Assembly (NCBI GenBank): GCA_964016885.1
Contig: OZ024761.1
Location: forward strand, 9,672,001-9,736,000
DNA from: Eledone cirrhosa
Taxonomy: Eukaryota
Direction: 5' to 3'
Length of the DNA stretch: 64,000 nucleotides
Numbering within the stretch: the first letter of the stretch is position 1; the number at the start of each line of letters is the position of its first letter. Below are positions 46,866 to 61,822 of this stretch, piece by piece. A program made the translations under genes and the position numbers. A model generated the notes under the pieces. It was not told where the DNA came from. It was given only the letters and a program-made list of their open reading frames with translations, and searched no databases.

Positions 46866-47271
46866 TTTATGATGGGAGTCTAACGACTCTGCCAATACGC
46901 TGCCCTATGTGGGTTGGCAGCTGTAAAGTTTACATTTTTTCATCTGATCAAACAGTGACATGTCAAGATCTGAATCAAGGGAAGCCGCAGTCAACCATAA
47001 ACCGCGCCTTCAAGGCAGGACCGAGAGGGGGGCGGGAAGAGGATGGAGACGGAAAGAGAGACAGAGAAAGAGTGGGAAAGAGAGAGTGGGAGAGAGAGTG
47101 GGAAAGCGAGAGTGGGAGAGAGAGTGGGAGACAGAGAGTGGGAGAGAGAGTGGGAGAAAGAGAGAGAGAGAGAGAGAGAATGGAAGAGAGAGAGAGAGTG
47201 GGAGAGAGAAACAGAGGGTGGGGGAGAGAAACAGAGGGTGGGAAGAAGAGAGAGCGACAGAGAGAGAGAAA

Positions 47272-47312
<41 letters not shown>

Positions 47313-47886
47313 GGTGTGGGTGTGTGTGTGTATGTGTGTGTGTGTGAGAAAGACGGAGGTACAGCAATGGCGGAGGCGTGTCAAAAACTAACTGAGGCGG
47401 CCTTTCTTTTCATTAACCCTCTCTATTACACACATACACCTTGTGTGTGTGTATGTATGTGTGTATGTGTGTCTGTGTGCATATATATATATACACATGT
47501 ATGTATATACATATGTGTATATATATATATATATGTATATACATATATGTATATACATATGTGTATATATATATATATATATATGTATATACATATGTGT
47601 ATATATATATATATATGTATATACATATGTGTATATATATATATATGTGTATATACATATGTGTATATATATATATATATGTATATACATATATGTATAT
47701 ACATATATGTATATACATATGTGTATACATATATAAATGGAAAAGAATGAAATTAAATTTTATTTCTCACTATACATATATATATATATATACGGTTATG
47801 TATACATACACACACACACACATATATATATGTATATATATATATATACATACACACACATACATATGAATATGTGTGTGTGTTCG

Positions 47887-47918
<32 letters not shown>

Positions 47919-48130
47919 AATACATATATATAGGAAACTCGCTCTCACCTCTTTCTCTCTCTCTCCCTCTCTGTCCAAATACTGTGATAATTGCCAGAAC
48001 TAACACTAAATAGGAAGAGCACGTGATAGGGGGTGGGGTGAGGTGAGCGCTATGTTGTGTGTGTTGGGGTGGGGTGGGGGGGTCGGAAATATCTGGATGA
48101 ATAAATAATGGTATTATATTAGGAAAGGTG

Positions 48131-48182
<52 letters not shown>

Positions 48183-48233
48183 AAAAAGTGAGAAAGAAAG
48201 TGTGTGTGAATGTATGTATATACACACACGTAC

Positions 48234-48289
<56 letters not shown>

Positions 48290-48291
<2 letters not shown>

Positions 48292-48480
48292 CAAAGGAAA
48301 TGTGTTAAGGAACCAGATGGACCATAACGCACCAGAGTACTCAATACTTAGGGTAGTAGAGTGGGAAATAAGAAAAAGTATGACCCCGACGGCAGAGCTC
48401 AAGCCGTTTCGACGGCTATTTCTGTCCACAAATAGCCGCCGAAACGGCTTGAGCTCTGCCGTCGGGGTCATACTTTTTCT
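48290..48480 (-). mobile_element. Family F copy
   Basis: Reverse-complement match to 2161-2355 with near-perfect hairpin; TA-flanked. Confidence 0.78.
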
Positions 48481-48481
48481 G

Positions 48482-48544
<63 letters not shown>

Positions 48545-48546
<2 letters not shown>

Positions 48547-48750
48547 TCGATGAGTGGTTAGAGAATTGGATTCGCAATCGTGAGTTTGTGAGTTCGATTC
48601 CTAGACGGGGGGTTGCGTTATGTCCTTGAGCAAGACACTTTATTTCACGTTTCTCCTTCTACCTAGAGTTGCGACCGATGGATAGTATCAGCAATTGGAA
48701 AGAACCATTGTTGCCTCGGTCCGATTTGACGAAAGTCGATCGACTGTCGA
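48545..48750 (+). mobile_element. tRNA-derived SINE
   Basis: A-box-like gagtggttag, B box gagttcgattcc, gtccttgagcaagacactt; sister of 55710-55919. Confidence 0.8.
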
Positions 48751-48765
48751 TATATATATATATAT

Positions 48766-48818
<53 letters not shown>

Positions 48819-48844
48819 TACATATATATATATATATATTATAT

Positions 48845-48890
<46 letters not shown>

Positions 48891-48939
48891 CATATATATA
48901 TATATATATTATATCCATATATATATATATATATTATAT

Positions 48940-48987
<48 letters not shown>

Positions 48988-49009
48988 CATATATATATAT
49001 ATATATATA

Positions 49010-49453
49010 AATGTAGATATGTAGAAGTTATATTTAATTTGTTAGGATACAACAAGCAAATATTTTTATAACTGATATAAAGCACTCAACAAATTATTGG
49101 AGTAAAAATACGATATATTAATAAATGGAAACTATATTTATAAAACCATATTTATTTCATTATACATATTTCAAGGACATCAAGTTAAATTATGGTGTGC
49201 TTTCATCAGATAAAATATAATATATATCAGTTTTATCAATAAATATTGACATACGCTTAAAGAATGCGACCATTTCTGTTGGTTTCCTTGAAATATGTAT
49301 AATGAAATAAATATGGTTTTATAAATATAGTTTCCATTTGTTAATATATCGTATTTTTACTCCAATAATTTGTTGAGTGCTTTATATCAGTTATAAAAAT
49401 ATTTGCTTATTGTATCCCAACAAATTAAATATAACTTCTACATATATACATTT
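49010..49453. mobile_element. MITE-like fold-back built from family H pLTR, hammerhead on minus strand at 49153-49217
   Basis: ~175-bp inverted arms 49010-49184 / 49279-49453; minus strand tattttat-CTGATGA...GAAA-tatgta-TA-atgaaata. Confidence 0.75.
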
Positions 49454-49472
49454 ATATATATATATATATATG

Positions 49473-49605
<133 letters not shown>

Positions 49606-49670
49606 GTATATATATTATATATATTATATATATGTATATATATATATATTATTATATATATATATATATG

Positions 49671-49709
<39 letters not shown>

Positions 49710-49715
49710 ATATAT

Positions 49716-49797
<82 letters not shown>

Positions 49798-49903
49798 ATA
49801 TATATATATATGTATATGTATATAATATATATATATATATGTATATGTATATAATATATATATATATATGTATATGTATATAATATATATATTATGTATA
49901 TGT

Positions 49904-49939
<36 letters not shown>

Positions 49940-50125
49940 ATATATATATATATATATATATGTATATAATATATATATATATGTATATGTATATAATATA
50001 TATATATGTATATATCTATATGTATATAATATATATATGTATATTCTATATAATATATATATATATTTGTATATAATATATATATATATGTATATATCTA
50101 TATAATATATATATATGTATATATC

Positions 50126-50180
<55 letters not shown>

Positions 50181-50650
50181 TAATGTATATAATATATATA
50201 TATATATGTATATATCTATATAATATATATATATATGTATATATCTATATGTATATAATATATATATGTATATATCTATATAATATATATATATATATGT
50301 ATATAATATATATATGTATATATCTATATAATATATATAAAATATTAAAAAATAATGAATAAAACAATGAAACAGTTCCTTATATTAAACAAAAAAAGTT
50401 CATTATTTAACGATCGTTTCTAGGATATATATGTGTTAGAATTGCATGCATATTCAATATATATATATGTATATATCTATATAATGTATATATATATATA
50501 TGTATATATCTATATAATATATATATATATGTATAATATCTATATGTATATAATATATATATGTATATATCTATAATATATATATATATATATGTTATAT
50601 AATATATATATATGTATATATCTATATAATATATATATATGTATATATCT

Positions 50651-50698
<48 letters not shown>

Positions 50699-51243
50699 TA
50701 ATGTATATAATATATATATATAAATATGTATATATCTATATAATATATATATATGTAAATATCTATATGTATATAATATATATATGTATATTCTATATAA
50801 TATATATATATATATGTATATAATATATATATATGTATATATCTATATAATATATATATATATATGTATATATCTATAAATATATATATATATGTATATA
50901 TCTATATAATATATATATAATATATGTATATATCTAAATATATAATATATATATATAAATAATATATATATATCTATATAATATATATATATATGTATAT
51001 ATCTTATATAATATATATATATATGTATATATCTATATAATATATATAATATGTATATATCTATATAATATATATATATATGTATATTCTATATAATATA
51101 TATATATGCATATATCTATAATATATATATATATATTATGTATATATCTATATAATATATATATATATATAATATATATATATATATGTATATATCTATA
51201 TATTATAGTATATATATATATTATATATATATGATATATATAT

Positions 51244-51278
<35 letters not shown>

Positions 51279-51292
51279 CTATATATCATATA

Positions 51293-51339
<47 letters not shown>

Positions 51340-51392
51340 AATATGTATCTATATATCTATATATATATATATATATATGTTATATATATATA

Positions 51393-51440
<48 letters not shown>

Positions 51441-51473
51441 ATATATTATATATATTATGTATATATATATATA

Positions 51474-51506
<33 letters not shown>

Positions 51507-51724
51507 ATATATATATGTATATGTATATATAATATATAATATATATATATGTAAGTTATATACCTATATCCAATATTATATATATAATTATATACTATAT
51601 ATAGATGTATTTATATATATAATATATATATATATGTTATATATAATATAGATATTATATATTTATATGTATATTATATACTCATCCATATTTATTATAT
51701 ATGGAAGTTATATATATATATATA

Positions 51725-51965
51725 TGGAAAGTTATATTTAAATTGTTGGGTTACAACTAGTAAATATTTATAACTGATATAAAAGCACTCAACAAGTATT
51801 TGGAGTATATTTACGATATTAAATAAATGGAAACTATATTTATAAAACCATATCTATTTCATTATATATATTTCAGGGATATCATATTAAAAATAGGTTA
51901 TGCCTTCCTCAGACAAAATACAATATAGACAGTTTTATAGATAAATAGATTTGACATACCGTTCA
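51725..51965 (-). mobile_element. Additional noisy copy of family H pLTR
   Basis: Reverse complement of 54660-54900 with scattered indels; CTGAGGA core. Confidence 0.6.
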
Positions 51966-52079
51966 ACATCGACTTGTATTTGAAAAATCAAATTTATATA
52001 TATATATAATATATATATATATATTTATATATATATATATTTATATATATATAATATATATCTATATATTTATATATAG

Positions 52080-52114
<35 letters not shown>

Positions 52115-52309
52115 ATAAATATATATATATATATGTATATATCTATATGTATATAATATATATATATAATATACAATATTACAATATTAAATAAATGGAA
52201 AACTATATTTATAAAACCATATTTATTTCATTATATATATTTCGGGGATATCATATTAACAATATGCTATGCCTTCATCAGACAAAATACAATATAAACA
52301 GTTTTATAG

Positions 52310-53218
52310 TAAACTCAGTCCAAAAACGTATCTCTAGGATCTCGTCGAATAGAAAGATTTTTGACGAAAAGGCCCAGTACTATAATGATGCACTAGCTAG
52401 GGCAGGATATGCTGATAAGATTGTGTACATAGATAATGATAGACAAACTAAACAAAGTAACAACTTTTTTAATTACGGCAACAACATTAACAACTATAAT
52501 AGAAAGCATTACAATAATTCCAAAGGACAAAAAAGAAATAGAACTAGGAACATAATTTGGTTTGCCCCCCCCTTTCTCACTAAACATTAAAACCCACATC
52601 GCTAAATTATTTTTCAAAGCTCTTGATAATCGCTTCCCTAGAACACATAGGTATCACTCAATCTTCAATAGGCATACAATTAAATTAACCTACTCATCCA
52701 CCAAAAATTTAGCACAAAATATTAATAGAATAAATAATAGGAACTTAAAACCTACTGATAATAGCATAAATAATATACAAGTTAACAAATGTAACTGTAG
52801 AGATAGATCTAAATGTCCGTTAAATAACAACTGCTTAGTTAAAAATATAGTATACAATTGTAATGTTAATACTGACTCTAATTCTTTTAACTACGTCGGT
52901 TCCACATCGACGGAATTTAAACTTCGCTATAATAACCACAAGAATTCTTTCACAGATCCAAGTAAAAAATCTTCAACGGCACTATCAGGCGTACTCTGGC
53001 AACTTAAGCTAGATAACGTTAGATATTCGACGGCTTGGAATATAGTCTCAAGAGGGATTCCTTTTAATTCATCCTCTGAGACATGTGACCTCTGCGCAGA
53101 GGAGATATTCTTTATACTAAAATCTAAAAATTCCCTTAACCTACGGACAAATTTATTCAGTTGTTGCAAACATAGATTAAACTCAACGTTTAAATATAAA
53201 TTTAAATTTAAAATGTAG
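52310..53218 (+). pseudogene. RT thumb + linker + GIY-YIG endonuclease, one frameshift in the C-run near 52570
   Basis: KRISRISS...YNDAL...GY; IIWFAPPF; IFNRHTIKLTYS; CNCR..CPL...CL; IVY...YVG; RYNNH; CDLCAEE; CKH. Confidence 0.88.
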
Positions 53219-54700
53219 TATATTTAGTTTGATTTATATTTATATGGGAAACTAGCCGATAAATTTTTTGATTCCTAAATCTTTGATTCCCTCTTTTTAC
53301 TCTTTTTATTGTTTATTTTTATTTTATTTTTATCTAAACATTCCTCATGAAAAATTAAGCTACCCTAAAAGCCGATGCTCCAAATTTTTTGAATTAACCT
53401 TACACTAGATAAACTTCTATATTAAATATAAGAACATATGTAGACCTAATTGGACATCATAATCTTTTTGAAATGTTCTTTGCTAGATGTGATTTGATAG
53501 ATAATTTTTGGCTTTGTCTTGTAATGAACTTGGCAATATATTGTCAATTAACTTTGAAGGGTTGTTCTTTGTGGTTTATTTTTATTTTTATTTTTATTTT
53601 TATTTTTTAGTATTGTATTCTATAATATTTTTATTTTTTTATTTTTTTATTTTTTATTTTTTTATTTTTTTATTTTTTTATTTTTTATTTTATTTTATTT
53701 TTAATATCTTTAATATGTAAATTTTTAATACGTAATATTTTTTAATACGTAGTATTTTTAATATGTAATATTTTTTTTATGTAATATTCTTTCGTAATAT
53801 TATTTTTTTTAGTTTTCTATTCTATATTTTTACTTATTATTATTATTGTTATCTTTTTATTTTTAGTTTTGTTTATAATATAATATATATTTTTATTAGT
53901 ATATTGAAATCTGCTCTCTATTTCTGCTTGATAGATAATCTTGTAGAGTAATGACAGGAATAATAATACGCTCAAATTTTTATACCACATTGAGAATGTT
54001 TTCCGGTAACCTAGAGTTTGCAGAGTGAATCAGTTGGATTCACATGGATGTTTGTAGCTGTCACATAAACATATGAATTTTTTAAAACTAAACATAAGAT
54101 AATTAATTTTCACACATTATGGATACTTGTTTCATTCAGGAATACTGATATTTACAATATAGTGTAAGTTTTATAAATACTAATACATTAAAACATAGGG
54201 TTTTCTACGCCTCGAATATGTCTGGTTATTTTTTAATTTTTTCTCTCGCTATTTTTTTTCCTCTCTCTATATTTTTTTTTTTTTTTTTTTTTCTCTATAT
54301 ATATCTCCCTTACATTAATACTTGAGCTAAATAAATAAATAAATAAATAAATGTATCATTGATACACTTACTCAAAATGACCTCCCACTACCTAATTTTC
54401 TATATATATATATGTATCTATCTCTATTTCCTCTCTCTATATATATATATATATCTCTTTCTGTTTCTTTACATGAAGCTCTTCGCTTTATCTATTTTTC
54501 CATCTCTCTATTTTGTTCCATGCATTTCTTCTTTTTCTTTTTCTTCTTTTTCTTCCTTTTCTTCGTTTTGTCTTTCTTTCTTTTTTCTCTCTTTCTTTCT
54601 CTCTGTATAAAATTTTCACTGCTAGCGTAAACCTCTTCAAATGAAGTCGGTGTTTATTACGGTATGTCGAATCTATTTATCTATAAAACTGTTTATATTG

Positions 54701-54766
54701 TATTTTGTCTGATGAAGGCATAGCATATTGTTAATATGATATCCCCGAAATATATATAATGAAATA
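54701..54766 (+). ncRNA. Minimal type I hammerhead in pLTR
   Basis: tattttgt-CTGATGA-aggcatagcatattgttaatatgatatcccc-GAAA-tatata-TA-atgaaata. Confidence 0.78.
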
Positions 54767-54924
54767 AATATGGTTTTATAAATATAGTTTTCCATTTATT
54801 TAATATTGTAAATATACTCCAAATATTTGTCGAGTGCTTTTATATCAGTTATAAATATTTACTAGTTGTAACCCAACAATTTTAAATATAACTTTACATA
54901 TATATAATATATATATATTATATA

Positions 54925-54966
<42 letters not shown>

Positions 54967-55104
54967 TGATACACACAAAGAAGGAAAGAAAGAGAGAAAG
55001 AAAGAAAGAAGGAAAGAGAGAGAGAGAAGTCGGAAGAAAGAATAAGAGTGGGGGGGGGGGAAATAAAAAGAAACAGAGACATTAGGAAAAAGGAGAGTGT
55101 AAGA

Positions 55105-55490
55105 AGATGGTGATGATGATGATGGTGATGATGATGATGATGTTGGTGGTGGTGGTGGCGGTGATGATGGTGGTGGTGGTGATGGTGATGATGTGATGGT
55201 GGTGGTGGTGGCGGTGATGGTGATGATGATGATGGTGATGACAATGGTGATGGTGATGGTGATTGTGACAATGATGGTGATGATTATGGTAATGATAATG
55301 GTTATGATGATGGTGGTGATGATGGTGATGGTGATGGTGATGATGATGATGATGGTGATGATGATGGTGATGGTGATGGTGATGATGATGGTGATGATGA
55401 TGGTGATGGTGGTGATAAAATGGTGGTGATGATGATGAGGATGATGGTGATGTTGGTGATAGCGCTGCTGATGATGGTGGTTATGGTGAT
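55105..55490. repeat. (GAT/GGT)n trinucleotide tract
   Basis: Mixed gat/ggt repeats; similar tract at 46528-46738. Confidence 0.9.
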
Positions 55491-55709
55491 AAAGAAGATG
55501 GGGTTTTCTGCAGTGGTTCTGATGGTGCTGATAAAATCTATTCTTGCCAGCGACTGCCACTTAATGATATTAAATATTTTATCTCACTCAACACCACGTG
55601 TAGAGTTCCCCATCTAACAAGTACATTATGGTGTATATAAAGATTTTATAAAAAATGTATACACAGAGACCCGGTGCCGTCAAAAATGACAGCAAGAACG
55701 ACGCGAAGT

Positions 55710-55919
55710 CGCGTGGCTGAGTGGTTAGAGAATTGGATTCGCAATCGTGAGGTTGTGAGTTCGATTCCTAGACGGGGCGATGCGTTATGTCCTTGGGCAA
55801 GACACTTTATTTCACGTTGATCCTTCTACCTGGAGTTGCGACCGATAGATAGTTTAACAATTGGAAAGACCAATGGAAACATTGTTTCCTCGGTCCCATT
55901 TGACTGTCGACTGTCGACT
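55710..55919 (+). mobile_element. tRNA-derived SINE
   Basis: A box tggctgagtgg, B box gagttcgattcc, CORE-like gtccttgggcaagacactt. Confidence 0.82.
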
Positions 55920-56177
55920 TATAAAGGGTGACAAAGCCAGATTTTTAGTTTAATAATTCTTTCATTACAAACTCATATATATATACATATATATAAATTT
56001 ATATGTATGTATGTGTCTATTGTATGTATGTATATATAAAATTTAAGTAAGTAAGTTAATTCTTTAAAATTTTTTTTTTTTTTTTTCTTATTTTACGTCT
56101 TTTATATATATATATACATATATATACATTTATATGTATATGTGTGTATATGTATATATATATATATATACATTTAT

Positions 56178-56530
56178 ACGATATATTAACAAATGGAAAC
56201 TATATTTATAAAACCATATTTATTTCATTATACATATTTCAAGGACACCAAGTCAAATTATGGTGCGCTTTCATCAGATAAAATATAATATAGATCAGTT
56301 TAAAAAATAAATATTGACATACGCTTAAAGAATGCGACCATTTCTGTTGGTGTCCTTGAAATATGTATAATGAAATAAATATGTATAATGAAATAAATAT
56401 GGTTTTATAAATATAGTTTCCATTTGTTAATATATCGTATTTTTACTCCAATAATTTGTTGAGTGCTTTATATCAGTTATAAAAATATTTGCTTGTTGTA
56501 TCCTAACAAATTAAATATAACTTCTACATA
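56178..56530. mobile_element. Second copy of the family H fold-back, hammerhead on minus strand at 56221-56285
   Basis: Same internal junction gacatacgcttaaagaatgcgaccattttctgttgg as 49010-49453; left arm shorter. Confidence 0.75.
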
Positions 56531-56558
56531 TACATTTATATGTATATGTGTGCATATG

Positions 56559-56599
<41 letters not shown>

Positions 56600-56884
56600 T
56601 TATATGTATATGTGTGTATATGTGTATATATATATACATTTATATGTATGTATGTGTGTATATGTATATATATATATATATATACACATTTATATGTATG
56701 TATGTGTGTATATGTATGTATGTGTGTATTAGTGTATATATATATATATACATTTATAACTATGTATATATATATAAATATACACACATGCACTCATACA
56801 TTCACACAAGTATAAATATATTCACACAAACAGACATACAAGTATATATATAAACACACATACACTCACACAAGTATAAAGGTG

Positions 56885-57459
56885 GTGTGAGGGAACGACG
56901 GAATAACGGTGTAGTGGTACGACGGAATAACGGTGCGGTGGTGTGACGGAACGACCGTGTGACGGTGTGGTGGTGTGACGGAATGATGGAATAACGGTAC
57001 AGCGCTGTGGTGGTGTGACAGAATGACGGTGTGGTGATATCATAGAATAACGGAATAACGGTACAGCGGTGTGGTTGTATGACAGTATGACGGTGTGGTG
57101 GTGTCATAGAAAGACGGAATAACGGTACAACGGTGTGGTGGCGTCATAGAATGACGGAATAACGGTACAACGGTGTGGTGGCGTCATAGAATGACAGAAT
57201 AACGGTACAACGGTGTGGTGGTGTCATAGAATGACGGAATAACGGTACAACGATGTGGTGGTGTCATATAATGACGGAATAACGGTACAACGGTGTGGTG
57301 GTGTCATAGAATGACGGAATAACGGTACAACGGTGTGGTGGTGTCATAGAATGACGGAATAACGGTACAAAAGTGTGGTGGTGTCATAGAATGACGGAAT
57401 AACGGTACAACGGTGTGGTGGTGTCATAGAATGACGGAATAACGGTACAACGGTGTGGT
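56885..57459. repeat. 40-bp tandem repeat
   Basis: Unit gtcatagaatgacggaataacggtacaacggtgtggtggt, ~9 good copies from 57102, degenerate upstream. Confidence 0.93.
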
Positions 57460-57465
57460 ATAGTG

Positions 57466-57562
<97 letters not shown>

Positions 57563-57815
57563 CCATTCAAGTTGAAATAATAAGCTTGTCAGATTTCATA
57601 TCTGATTTCCTCAGTTGATGTGCTGTAGTATTGCTAAGGCATCATTTAACGTTGGATTATACGCATCACAGACCCCCTCCTTCCCCGTCTCATCATCATC
57701 ATCACCATACACCGGCGTGTTCTGCGCCTTCTACTCCCTCTTCTAATAATGCTTCCCTATTTTCTCATTTTCTCCTTCCCCAACTTCTTCTCCACACAGC
57801 CCCCCACCAATACAG

Positions 57816-57874
<59 letters not shown>

Positions 57875-58080
57875 GTATATATAGGTATATATATATATAT
57901 ATATATATATGTATGCATACATATATATATACATATACATACATATACATATATAATATATATGTGCATATAGGTACACACACATATATATATATATATA
58001 TATGTATGTATATATGTGTGTGTGTCTATATATATATGTATATATATATATGTATGTATATATGTGTGTGTGTCTATATA

Positions 58081-58153
<73 letters not shown>

Positions 58154-58154
58154 A

Positions 58155-58211
<57 letters not shown>

Positions 58212-58406
58212 GTGTATATATATTAAATTCAAAGGGGTATATATATATATAATTAGACATAGTCACAGATACTTATTTTAAACCTATAGCCTCGTTTAAA
58301 TGATTTTTTATGTGGTTGATTTATACGGACTAGGGCGAGGAAATACTGTATATATTTTATCTAATAGTTCTTCAAACTTGTAATTTTATATATGTATATA
58401 TATATA

Positions 58407-58455
<49 letters not shown>

Positions 58456-58490
58456 ATATATATATATAAAATATATATGTGTATATATAT

Positions 58491-58522
<32 letters not shown>

Positions 58523-58591
58523 GTATGTATATATACATGTATATATATGTATATATATATATGTATATATATATATGTATGTATATATATG

Positions 58592-58629
<38 letters not shown>

Positions 58630-58646
58630 AACAACACAATATAATT

Positions 58647-58718
58647 ATTCCATTACCCAAGGTTTCACGAAGTTAGACGATTCTACCAGAAACGCCTGAT
58701 ATCGTTCATCAGATTGAA

Positions 58719-58720
<2 letters not shown>
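58647..58720 (-). ncRNA. Type I hammerhead motif
   Basis: Minus strand atttcaat-CTGATGA-acga...tcgt-GAAAC-cttgg-GTA-atggaat; imperfect stem I. Confidence 0.6.
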
Positions 58721-58765
<45 letters not shown>

Positions 58766-59062
58766 TCACATGTATGTATGTATATATACTGTAGTAAAAA
58801 CGTGGTATCGATATGAAAGGATTCAGAGCACACAATCCATTTGACGAGTTTTATATAATCAGTTATACAGTTATAGCTGTGGCATTACGCAGATACTTAA
58901 GTTTCGTTGGGTTTAACACCAATTCATTCAGTCTTCCATATTGTGAAGGAGTTATTTTCGGGGATATTTTTGATCCCCTAGGAGAATTCTAAGGCTAGGG
59001 AACTTTAAAACAATCCCAACTAATCACGCATCTCTAATAAACACAAGAGTCACCTATCTTTA

Positions 59063-59480
59063 GGATGCTCATGCAGAAGACTAGAAGCATGCCCCCTCGA
59101 CGAACAGTGCAAAGCTCCAGGGGTGATATATATAAAGCAGAAGTTACCTCCACTCGCCAGAACGGCCCAACAGAAGCCTAGACTTATGTAGGTATGTCAG
59201 AGAGCCATTTTCTGAACTATGAAACGACCTTCAAAACATCCTGACAATAAGCATACCATTAAGTATGCAAACCATGTGTGGAACCTCAAAGAAAACGGTA
59301 GTGTTGTCCATAAAATGAAGGATACTAAAAAAATTCACACCCTACATTAATAGAGTGAAACTTGTTATTTATGTAACCGAAAAGTGGAATATACTTTCAC
59401 AACTATTCTCTAAAAATCTGCCTAAGTATACGGTTGGATTTCTACAATCGTTGTCCACACGAATGAAAGTCCTTTCTAAA
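59063..59480 (+). pseudogene. Old Penelope-like GIY-YIG remnant
   Basis: GCSCRRLEACPLDEQCKAPGVIY / KAEVT...TYVGMS...; ends NRCPH; multiple stops and frameshifts. Confidence 0.7.
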
Positions 59481-59588
59481 GAGATGGCCTAGGCCAGAAT
59501 AAAATTCGATTTACCCTATGTTACCCGCCATCTTTCTGCACATAATCTACATCTTTTCCTTGTTAGAATTATCTCCCTGATATATAGA

Positions 59589-59682
<94 letters not shown>

Positions 59683-59824
59683 ATACATATATATATATAT
59701 ATGTGCATACATATATATATATATGTGTGTGTGTGTATACATATATATAGATATATGTGTGTATAGATATATATATATATATATATGTGTGTATATACAT
59801 ATATATATATATGTGTGTATATAC

Positions 59825-59910
<86 letters not shown>

Positions 59911-60930
59911 ATACATATATATATATGTGTGTGTGTGTGTACATACATATATATATATATATGTATACATATATATGCGTATATATAATATCTGTATACA
60001 TACATGTGTGTATTGTGTATATATATATAATATATATATATACTTAAAGACACAGAGAGATATATGAGGGTGCGTATGTGTGTATACCTGTATGTGTGTA
60101 TACACTAATATGTATAGTTATCTTAACGTACATACACATACAGGTACACACACATACAGGTACACACACATACACAATGAAAAGCAAATAAAGAATTCTG
60201 AGTACATGTCGGTATGATATTTAAACACGCACACAGAGAGAAGGGTGAGGGTGGTGAGAGAAGGAGAGGGAGAGAGAGGGTGAGAGAGAAGGAGGAGAGG
60301 GAGAGAGAAAGAGATAGTGGGGAGAGACAGAGAGGGGGGGGGGGGAAGAAAGAGAGAGAGGGGGAGATAAACAAGCAACACACAAACACAAACGCACATA
60401 TAAACACACAGGAAGAAACAACACACATAAATACAAACACACAAACAAACACACACACATAAAGACACAGACACACACAAAATACAGCCACACACAAAGA
60501 CACAGCTACACACACACAAAATACAGCCACACACACACAAAGATACAACCACACATACACAACCACACACACACACACACACACACACGCAAAGATACAA
60601 CCACACACCCACACAAAGACACAACCACACATACACACAAAGACACACATACATGCACACAAAGACACAACCACACACACACACAAAGAGACACACACAA
60701 CCACACATACACACAAAGACACACACACAACCACACATACACACCTACCTGTTGACTTTAGATTAAATCAAATATAACCAAAGATTAGTTTGAATTATTT
60801 AATTATTATCTGATTAATAGAATAATAATATTTCCTGCTGTCCAAAGAATTGGAAGGATGCAGACGATAGAGATATGGACGTTTAGAAACGGTGTGTGTG
60901 AGCGTGTGTGTGTGTGCGTTAGTATATATA

Positions 60931-61011
<81 letters not shown>

Positions 61012-61112
61012 ATATATATATGTGTGTGTGTGTGTTTGTGTATGTATGAATATGTGTGAGTGTATATATATGTATGTGTGTGCGTGTTTGTGTATGTATG
61101 AATATGTGTGAG

Positions 61113-61165
<53 letters not shown>

Positions 61166-61822
61166 ATGTATATATGTATATATGTGTGTTTATGTGTGTG
61201 TTTATATATATATATATATATGTTTGTATATACATATGTTTGTGTGTGACTGTATTTTTGTGCGTTTGCGCATATATATATATATATATATGTTTATATA
61301 TACACATATACATATATATATATGCATATAATTGTTTGTGTGTGAAGTATCGAAAACGAAAGAAAGGAGGAGAAAGAGGTGAAGAAGAAAAGAAGGGTGA
61401 ATTGAAGTATTACAGTCAGATGTAGAGTTTAATATATGGCCTTGGGGAGGGGGGGGGTTGATGTTGTAGGAGTGGGGTTGTCGGAGGGGTGGAGGTAGTG
61501 ATGGTTGACATAGTAGTGGTGTTAGTAATGTAGGAGTGGTGGTGGCGGTTGTAGAAGTGGTGGTGGTCGTCGTTGTGATGATGCTGTTAGTAATGATGGT
61601 GATGGTGTAGGAGTGGTGTTGATGGTTGTCGTGGTGGTGGTGGTGGTGATGGTTGTCATAGTGGTTTGAGTGGTGGTGATGGTTGTAGGAATGGTGTTGA
61701 TGGTTGTCGTGGTGGTGGTGGTGGTCACGTGAGTGTGGTGGTGGTGGTGGTGGTAGTATGGGAGTGGTGCTAACGAATGAGTGGTGATCACGTGAGAGTG
61801 GTGGTGGTATTTACTCCTATAG

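Larger units (their letters stand above)
52179..54900 (+). mobile_element. 5'-truncated Penelope-like retroelement with inverted 5' pLTR segment
   Basis: 52179-52309 is the reverse complement of 54681-54812; RT thumb/linker/GIY-YIG frame; ~1.45-kb AT-rich 3' region; hammerheads at 52224-52289 (-) and 54701-54766 (+); TA-flanked. Confidence 0.88.

Noticed and set aside
55710-55790. tRNA gene
   Set aside because: A and B boxes present but continues into a multi-copy SINE body with no acceptor stem
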